A DNA stretch of 64,000 bases, taken from contig OZ024743.1 in NCBI GenBank assembly GCA_964016885.1, positions 37,076,001-37,140,000 of the forward strand, in the 5' to 3' direction. Below the pieces are notes generated by a model. It saw nothing but the letters and a program-made list of their open reading frames with translations, searched no databases and was not told the origin of the DNA. Source of the DNA: Eledone cirrhosa. Lineage: Eukaryota. This document shows positions 55,513 through 64,000 of the stretch, one piece after another. Within the stretch, counting starts at the first letter, position 1; each line of letters starts with the position of its first letter. Both the position numbers and the translations under genes were made by a program.

Positions 55513-56437
55513 TAGAGAGAGAGAGAGGGGGAGAGAGAGAGAGAATGTGAGAGAGAGAGAGAGAATGTGAGAGAGAGAGAGAGAATGTGAGAGAGAGAGA
55601 GAGTGTGTGTGTGTGTGTGTGTAATATTTTCCATGGTACCTGCACAATAGAATGTTTACTATTTTTTCGTAAAACAACCTAAATCACTTCCAGGAATGGT
55701 ATTTATACCTACTGTCCGTGACACTATACAAAATACACTTTCATGTAACTAAATTTAGATGCTGTTTTATACCTTACTCAAGATTCTAGCTTAACGTATA
55801 AATTCAAGATCAATGTTCAAAACAAGCCTAAAGAAACCACCTTCATGCAAATTATATTGTTAATACAATATTGGTTTCTGATTTAGGCACAAGGCCAGCA
55901 ATTTTGGGAAAGGGGATAAGTCGATTAAATCAGCCCCAGTGCATTACTGGTACTTTATTTTGTCGATCCCGTAAGGATGAAAGGCAAAGCTAACTTCGCT
56001 AAGATTTGAACTCAGATCGTAAAGGGCCATAACTCTATGCCATAAAGCATGTTTCCGACGCTCCACCGATACTGCCAATAATAAAATATTGTCGTGAGAG
56101 GATGGTCAGAAAAGAAACTGAATTGTTTAGTCTATTATTTCAAATTCAGCTGTTATGTCTTACTGTTTTGTCAGTTAAACAATGGAAATGTCGGGGCGTA
56201 GGCATTATTGTTGGGCTGTGCTTAAGGCATTAGCTGACCTTAATCCGATCCTGCTTGAAAACATTTCGCTATGTCCCATTTATTTTATGTCTAAATCTGT
56301 GGCGAAGTTTTAAATTTAACTTTCATATTTCCTAAGTGTATAAAATGAATGCACGTCATTTTCATTGCATAGCCACAAGTCATCTCTTATATTGCAGACA
56401 TTATGGTTATGATTGAAGGCCTTCAAGTCCTGGTGAA

Positions 56438-56572
56438 AGAAGAAGAAGAAGAAGAAGAAGAAGAAGAAGAAGAAGAAGAAGAAGAAGAAGAAGAAGAAGA
56501 AGAAGAAGAAGAAGAAGAAGAAGAAGAAGAAGAAGAAGGAGGAGGAGGAGGAGCAGGAGCAGGAGGAGGAGG
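56438..56572. repeat. (GAA)n-(GGA)n compound microsatellite
   Basis: Direct read. Confidence 0.95.
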
Positions 56573-57607
56573 TATGATTTGGAAGACTCTGAGCTGTTAT
56601 ATCCAGCAGGTCGAGGGGCTATGTTGAAACCCCTCAATATACTGAGATTGACACATTCGACAGCAACTTTCCTTCACAAATCTATAGCCTTGAACCAATG
56701 TGACACACGGGTCACTGTTGTGGCTCTAGAATCGTTATATCATTTTAACACAAAGTGATGACAGAAACAGTAGAATGACAGGTTATATGCATTGCACTAC
56801 TATGGCTAAATTGGTAGAAATTTTAGAGTGTTGAAGGAAATGGATTGCAGTGTCCATACTGGCTCCTTGCCTCCAGCGTTCAAATTCCGGTAAGGTCAGT
56901 TTTGCCTTTCTTCCTTGTAGAATCAACTGGTAGAACTGTTAGAGCTTCGTTGTTCCGATTCTTTATGATCTGAGTTCAAATCTTTTCTTGTCCTACTTAG
57001 GCAACAGACTAAATCCACCGCCCAGTTTAGTCCCTTTTCTTAACCTTTGCAAGCATTCAGAACAATACTCCGGGCGAGTGGCTCCGGAAAAAACCATGGT
57101 CACTGTCTTTTATCCTGACTCAATGATAAAGAGACTTTTAAGGGAAGTTAACTCATATTGGTTTCTTTTTAACATATAAAAAAGCTTGTGATTCTAAAGG
57201 TAAGACGAAATAGCAAGTTACGGTGTTAATGACCAAGGAAATTAACAGCTTACTTTAAAGACTTTATCGGGAAAAAACAGTACTGTAAAATAGCAATTTG
57301 TTTCATTATTTTGTTTCTAACAGGGCATAAATGTATATTCGAGTCAAGAAGAAATAGTAAGTTATGATATGCATGTATTTACCAAGAGGGGGGAGGGGGG
57401 ATAAAGTTTGATAGGCAGATCTTGTCACAATCGTCAATGTTCTACAATGCCCAGTATAATTTGCTTGATATTTTCTTTTCTTACAGAGCATAAATAGCTG
57501 AGTTGTTAGATGAAGAGAAGAAATGGGAAGTTTTGATGTATTTCTCCTTTCACGAAATAAAGTAAAAGAGGTCTGAACTGGAAATCGAAGTCAGGTCGCA
57601 AAATCGT

Positions 57608-57697
<90 letters not shown>

Positions 57698-58264
57698 TGT
57701 GTGTGTGTCTGTGTGTGTGTCTGTGTGTGTGTGCGCGCGTGCGCGTGCGTGCGTGCGTGTGTGTGCGTGTATATGTGTGTGTTTGTGTGTTTATATATAT
57801 ATATATACAAGTGGAAGCTTAGTAAAATCGAAGCTTTGGCTGTGGCCAAGCTAACGACCTACAATTAGGAATGAGCAGCAAAGCACTCAATAAGGTAGCA
57901 GGCCTTAGAGTAATAACATAAGTTGAGACAGCTTGACAAATTGAAAATTGCGGCAGGTAGACCTAGCCACACAATACCAAAAACAACGAAAAAACTAATC
58001 AGATATCGTTTCTGGTAAATATAGAGTGTATGTTAGTTACAAGTATTCAACGAGTCAATACTTGGTTCACTGCATTCGTGATGGCAAGATTGCCAGGGAA
58101 GTTGTCTCTAACTCGGGGCAGAAACAATATCGGTCCAAGACATTGGCTCTTCGTTTTTCTCACTGTTGTTTATATCATTCGCCCATATAGATTGACGGAT
58201 GATATACAAACACACACATAGACACAGACACACACAGATGCACGCGCACATTATACACACACAC

Positions 58265-58351
<87 letters not shown>

Positions 58352-58681
58352 CGGCGTGTGGCTGAGTGGTTAGAGAATTGGGTTCGCAATCGTAAGGTTG
58401 TGAGTTCGATTCCTGGACCAGGCGATGCGTTATGTCCTTGAGCAAGACACTTTATTTCACGTTGCTCCTTCTACCTGGAGTTGCGACCGATAGATAGTAT
58501 TAGCAATTGGAAAGACCTCGGTCCGATTTGACGAAAGTCGATCGTCTAAGATATATATATATACATGATTCCAGTTCCTCAGAGGAATAAGAACACAACC
58601 AGGAGCTGGACATATCGATGTATTGACGGAGTAAAACACACTTCAACAACATGTGTACCTATCTTTCCCACACCAATTTGG

Positions 58682-58736
58682 ACTGCCTGAAGATGTCACA
58701 GCCAATGATGGCTGTCACCGAAATATATATAGCAGT
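58682..58736 (+). ncRNA. Type I hammerhead motif within a ~320-bp TA-flanked insert (58563-58880)
   Basis: actgc-CTGAAGA-..acagcca atga tggctgt..-GAAA-tatata-TA-gcagt; AATAAA just downstream. Confidence 0.78.
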
Positions 58737-59139
58737 ATATCTATAATGTATAATAAACGAAGCCAAATTTTACATATTTGACTTAATTATTTTACATTAC
58801 TCCGGAGTAAACCAACCAACCTGCGTACTTCGTCGAGTGCTCCAATCTGCATACTGAGTAAACAACCAGCATATACTCAATATATATATATATCCAGGGA
58901 GTGTAACTTGGAGTTACTGTAGGTTCACCCGGGTGAGCACTCGATGTTTAGGTTCACCTCAGTGTCGAGGTGTAGAGCTAGACAGAGTGTATTGTAGTGA
59001 AATAGGGATGTTTTTGCAATAACATCCCTATATCCCTATGAATTGACCCACCAATCAAAACAAAATTCACTGACCACCATAGGAATATCAGACTTTCTCA
59101 TACGGCATGTATATTCATTTTTCCATTACCATTGTAAGG

Positions 59140-59224
59140 GGTCTGACGAGCCACGGATTACAGAATCGGGATAGATCGATACAGATCGAACCTTGAGCTG
59201 ATTAGTGGCGAAACGCGCGTCACC
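59140..59224 (+). ncRNA. Type I hammerhead motif with an expanded helix II
   Basis: ggt-CTGACGA-gccac [50 nt] gtggc-GAAA-cgcgcg-TC-acc; AATAAA at 59229-59234. Confidence 0.78.
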
Positions 59225-59591
59225 AACCAATAAACGTAAAGAAGGAGTAACCAATCGTCCTTGTTTTATTTTATTGTAATACACTCTTTTATTTCACTAT
59301 ATATATATGTATATATATAAATGGCTTCTTCGGAGCCAGAACTGGTTCATTCGAAGGAAATCATCCGAAAAGCTCCCATTGAACCCGGGACTCCTGACAT
59401 ATAAATATATTGTTATACGTTGCGAGAGTCGTGACGCCAATAGAAACACATGCAACTGTTGGTTTTCACTTCAAATTATTATAAATTTCCAGTTGGTTGG
59501 TTCCATAACCGGATGGTATAACAATATCTGTTTCGACACACGTTTTCAGATCAGAAATCTTGCAAAACAAATTCAAAAACGAATTATACAT

Positions 59592-59650
<59 letters not shown>

Positions 59651-59651
<1 letters not shown>

Positions 59652-60231
59652 GGTGGCTGCCAACTCGTTTTCGGGTACGGCCACTACTTTATATCCATGT
59701 AGGAGAACCCCTACCGATGCGCTGAACGAGTGTGACTTTTAGTCCAGCCAGCGACTTGAAAACTCTGGTACAAACACTACACTTGTGACAATTATTGACA
59801 CATAGTGATGGGCCCATGGTACCATGTGATGACGAGTGCAGAGAGATCTCCAGATATAAAGCAATGCCTGTACCGTGAAGCTTTTATAGTGAGCAAAGGC
59901 ACTGCACAAAGCCAGTCCCACTCTCTTAACCAAGATGATATTTACCAAAAAGAAGAACAAGTCAACATCATTGGATACCATCAGGGTTGCAGGTGTTAAA
60001 TCAGAGTTTTCCTTCTCCTAGAATTCTGCCTTGGCAAAGGCTAAGGGGTCATCTCTCCCGGTGATTTTGGATGGCCATTGACTCTTAAGAGCTCCTTTGC
60101 CCTTTGACAGTTGGTGCTACTGGTAACATGTATCCCAGTACAACCTATCCCATGGTCGGGTCGTTGGCGACTAAACTGGCAACCCCACCAAGGTTTCTTG
60201 GTGAGAAGGGTGACTTTGGACATCCTGCAGG
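59651..60231 (-). mobile_element. Second copy of the putative RTE-derived non-coding element
   Basis: Near-identical to 27071-27529 up to ~60110. Confidence 0.65.
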
Positions 60232-60889
60232 ATATATATATATATATGTGTATATATATAGAGGTAGGTAGATTTGCCGTATTTTTTGTCTGTTTGTAGC
60301 AAATCGAATATTAAAGTAGAGATTTAGCAGAAATCTAACACAGACGAAATATTGTTATTCATGTGAGTTAAAGTGATGAGGAACGAATTAAGTGCCGGAG
60401 TTAACTTGATATGATGAATATGTATTTCTTCTCGGGAAATTATTCGATTTCGACAAATCAAAGATACGTTACTGAATCTAGACTGCATACAATACAAGAA
60501 ATTAAATGTAAGGGTGTCACTGTAAAAGTATCAGCAGAATGTTTCTAGTTTAATTAAAGAGTATCGAAGTATGAAAATGGCCGTTTGGAAGTCTCTACAA
60601 TGCAGATGGGTAACTCCCCGAGTAACAGTTTCAAGTGGCAGTAGGAAGAAGGAAGGGAAATGTAGAAAGAAACGTAAAAAGAGGCGTAAAAAGAAACCCA
60701 GAGAAGGAGTTACCTTGGAATAGATTTATTCATCTGTATATTTCGGATTGTACATCCATCGTCAGGAGGTTTCCGAAGAGAAATAGATTTATTGGGAAAG
60801 GAAACTACGCGGCTGTTTGTAGTTACCGTCGGAGTCCATATAGAAGTATGTTTGTTTCATTGTACACTTGACACTGTGTGTGTGCGCGC

Positions 60890-60927
<38 letters not shown>

Positions 60928-61659
60928 ACGTGTGTGTGGGCGTGTATGTGTGTGCGCGCGTGTATGTGTATGTGCATCTATATGTGTGCGTGTGTGTACA
61001 CAAATAGATATATAGCAGCATCAATACGTGCCATGTTTTTGACACCTATTGAGTAAGAGAGAGTGAAAAAAAGAGAAAGAGAGGAAAGGTAATTGACAAA
61101 GGTGACAAGTGGGCAGCGGCCAGGTTAGGTTGATCTGTTCTACCACCGTCCCGAACTACTAATCTGTTCTAGCCTGCTGGTCAGTCTTCCTTAGACAATC
61201 AAGTTATCCCGGCAATTCTTCAAATGGCGCAAAGTTTGTATTACTTTCGGTTTCGAAACTCTTGAAGCCAAAACGGCGACACTATGAATGCAAGCAATAA
61301 AACAAGCGATTCACTGTAAATCATTCGGAGATAGTCTGCTGTTGCAATAACACTGAATTGACAGACCGTCCCCGTATCGGTCCTCTATTTTCTATTTTAT
61401 ATTCTCTGTTTGTGTTCGTTGTAAACCTGGTATTTTATGGAACTAATGCTACAATTAAAACATGGATGACATCACCTAAGTCTTGCATCAGGATCGGATG
61501 AAGTTGGGCTATCGAAAAATGTATAGTGTCTTCGAGAAATTAAAATTCTAAAGAAAGTTTCCAGTCCGGTCTTCTGTTGTTTTTAATGAATATTTAACTC
61601 CGATCCTGCACCAGTCACGTCTTCTCAGGTCACAGTTGAAGCTTAATATGATAATAATA

Positions 61660-62300
61660 ATTATCATTTCTGATTTAAGCACTAGGCCAGCAATTTTGGG
61701 GGAAGGGAAAGTCAATTAAATCGACCCCAGTGTATGACTGGTACTTTGTTTTATCGACTCCTTAAGGATGCAAGGCAAAGTTAACCGCGTCAGGATTTGA
61801 ACTCAGAATATAAAGGGCCGTAACTCTATGCCACGAAGCATTGTGTCCGACGCTTTACTTATACTGCCAATCCATCACCCTTAATAATAATGGTTTCTAC
61901 TTTCGGCACAAGGCTAGCAATTTGGGGGGAGGGGAAAGTCGATTAAATCGATCCCAGTGCATTACTGGTGCTTTATTTTACCGACCCCGTGGGGATGCAA
62001 AGCAAAGTTAACCTTGGCAGGATTTGAAATCAGAACGTAAAACGCCGTAACTCTATGCCACGAGGCATAGTGCCTGACGCTCTACTGATACTGCCAATCT
62101 ATTGTCGTTATTGATAATAATAATTGTTTCTACTTTTGGCACAAGACCAGCAATTACTCCGTACATTACTGGTACTTTATTTTATCGACCCCGTAAGGAT
62201 GAAAGGCAAAGTTAACCTCGACGGGATTTGAACTCAGACTGTAAAGGGACGTAACTATGCTGGAAAGCATGGCGTCCGACTCTCTACGATACTGCCACCG
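61660..62300 (-). mobile_element. Three tandem family-1 SINEs
   Basis: Consensus matches separated by (AAT)n. Further single copies at ~16413, 33508, 36297, 36935, 39768, 47700, 54500 and 55870. Confidence 0.88.
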
Positions 62301-63517
62301 CTCTCAGTACAATAGTATTTATTCATTACGACACGCTAACGAAGGAGCCTTTAAGCGATTGCTCGACCTGTTAGAATTAATAACGAAATCTCCTTCAAAA
62401 CGTACCATCTTGAAGTGGTGAAAATACATTGCAAAATTCAATATATAAAAAAAACAACAAATATTGGTGCATTACTAATATGTGGGAAGAACAACGCCAA
62501 GTGTCGATACAAACTGAATTTTTGCCAAGAAAGCAGAAACTGTCGAAGAAAGAACTTCGTGTTAACCACAATGTTATAAACTCCAATACAACTGAGAAAT
62601 ACGTAAGAGTTATTAATTTTTACTCTACATACAAATATTTTACAACTTTCTTTTTCCTTTACTTTTCAATATAACAGCAGAGTAGTATTGCTGGAAGAGT
62701 TGCAAAATGTGTTTCCTACTTCGGCATTAGGCCAAACATCTATACAAGCAGGGTTATGAGACTATGTGACATTCAAAGTGAATTTAATTTGACTTCAACC
62801 GGGAATTGTAGACTTGGTTGGCTGGAACATTACAACTTCACAGAAACAGCGGTCAGCATGGTATATCCTTAAAATTATACAAAACAAAATCGTAGCAACG
62901 CATAATTTAAGCTATTTATTTAGGAACTGTGTAGAACATGAGTGCCCAAAGTTGTCGATATCGATCCACAGGGGGATCGATGGGACTACCCAGTGAGTCT
63001 ATTGAACTTTGGGGTCAAAATTTTAGATTTTTATAAGAAATGAAAATATATGAAATAATACAATAAAATACAACTTGCTTATAAAGGTTTCTGATCTATA
63101 TGTAATTAGTCTTTATTGTCTATTTTATATACTGTTTACTGATTCTTTTTTTTTTATATGCCTGGGGTCGATAGGGAAGTCCAGGGAGTCCAGGATACCA
63201 TGCAAAGGTCAATAGTCTAAAATATTTGGGGACACTGGTTTAGGTGGTGAGTGGTTGTGGGAAACGGTTGACACCTCTCTCTCTACAGAGAGGGTCTGTA
63301 TATTATGGGTGAGGAATACTTTGCTCGCAGAGTAAATTTCACCAGCATTTAAATGTTCAACTGACGAAATGTTATAAGACAGTTTGAGAAAAGAAAACAT
63401 ATAAGCTTTAATACTATAATCATTTTGGGGACTTCCACGGTTAATTTGAAAACTATAACATTGGTGGAAATTTATAGAGAAACATGAATTACCTAATTTC
63501 TTTTAAAATGATCACTA

Positions 63518-64000
63518 GTCCTTACCACCCTCCTATATGGCTCAGAGTTGTGGGTCACTTATCGCCACCGTCTTCAACTCCTGGAGCGCTTCCACCAGCG
63601 CTGCCTCCGCATCATCCTCAACATCCACTGGAGAGACTTTGTCACCAATTTTGAAGTCCTTGAACGGGCGAAGGTCACCTGCGACGAGGCCATGCTGCTG
63701 AAGTCCCAACTACGCTGTACAGGGCACGTCTCCAGAGTAAAGTATTGTCGCCTGTCCAGGATCACGCGATACAGCGAACTCTCCACTGGTCATCGTAACA
63801 GTGGGGCACCAAGGAAGCGATACAAGAACTGTTTGAAAAATTCCCTCGGTGCCTGTCACATCGACTATCGCCGATGGTCCACCCTAGCTGAAAACTGTGA
63901 CGCCTGGTGTCACATCAACCATGCTGTCTCCTCCTAAAACACCCGCAGATCCACTCTCAAGGACAAAAGGCACAGGAGGAAGAACCCCAACACTAAGTCA
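63518..64000 (+). mobile_element. RTE (BovB-like) LINE 3' fragment
   Basis: VLTTLLYGSELW..LERFHQRCLRIILNIHW..QLRCTGHVSR..GAPRKRYK. Confidence 0.9.

Noticed and set aside
56398-56627. Possible poly-Glu/Gly exon with AG and GT flanks
   Set aside because: Explained by the (GAA)n(GGA)n microsatellite; no supporting neighbouring exons.

Overview
AT-rich, repeat-saturated eukaryotic DNA. The SINE families and heavy microsatellite load resemble octopus/cephalopod genomes; this is an inference. No host gene can be confidently identified, and most listed ORFs are microsatellite read-throughs or retroelement fragments. The window holds decayed non-LTR retrotransposons of several clades (L1/Tx1, RTE, R4/Dong, CRE), Penelope-like elements (PLEs; RT plus GIY-YIG), dozens of tRNA-derived SINE copies including a head-to-tail array, and small MITEs. 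The most notable signal is a dense set of minimal type I hammerhead ribozyme (HHR) motifs: about eight near-complete cores plus many half-cores. They lie in short PLE-type inserts within (TA)n microsatellites. Many of these inserts are long palindromes whose fold-back centre repeatedly falls in or next to hammerhead helix II, and their two arms end at different TA microhomologies. This suggests a twin-priming or snap-back integration route shaped by the ribozyme's structure.
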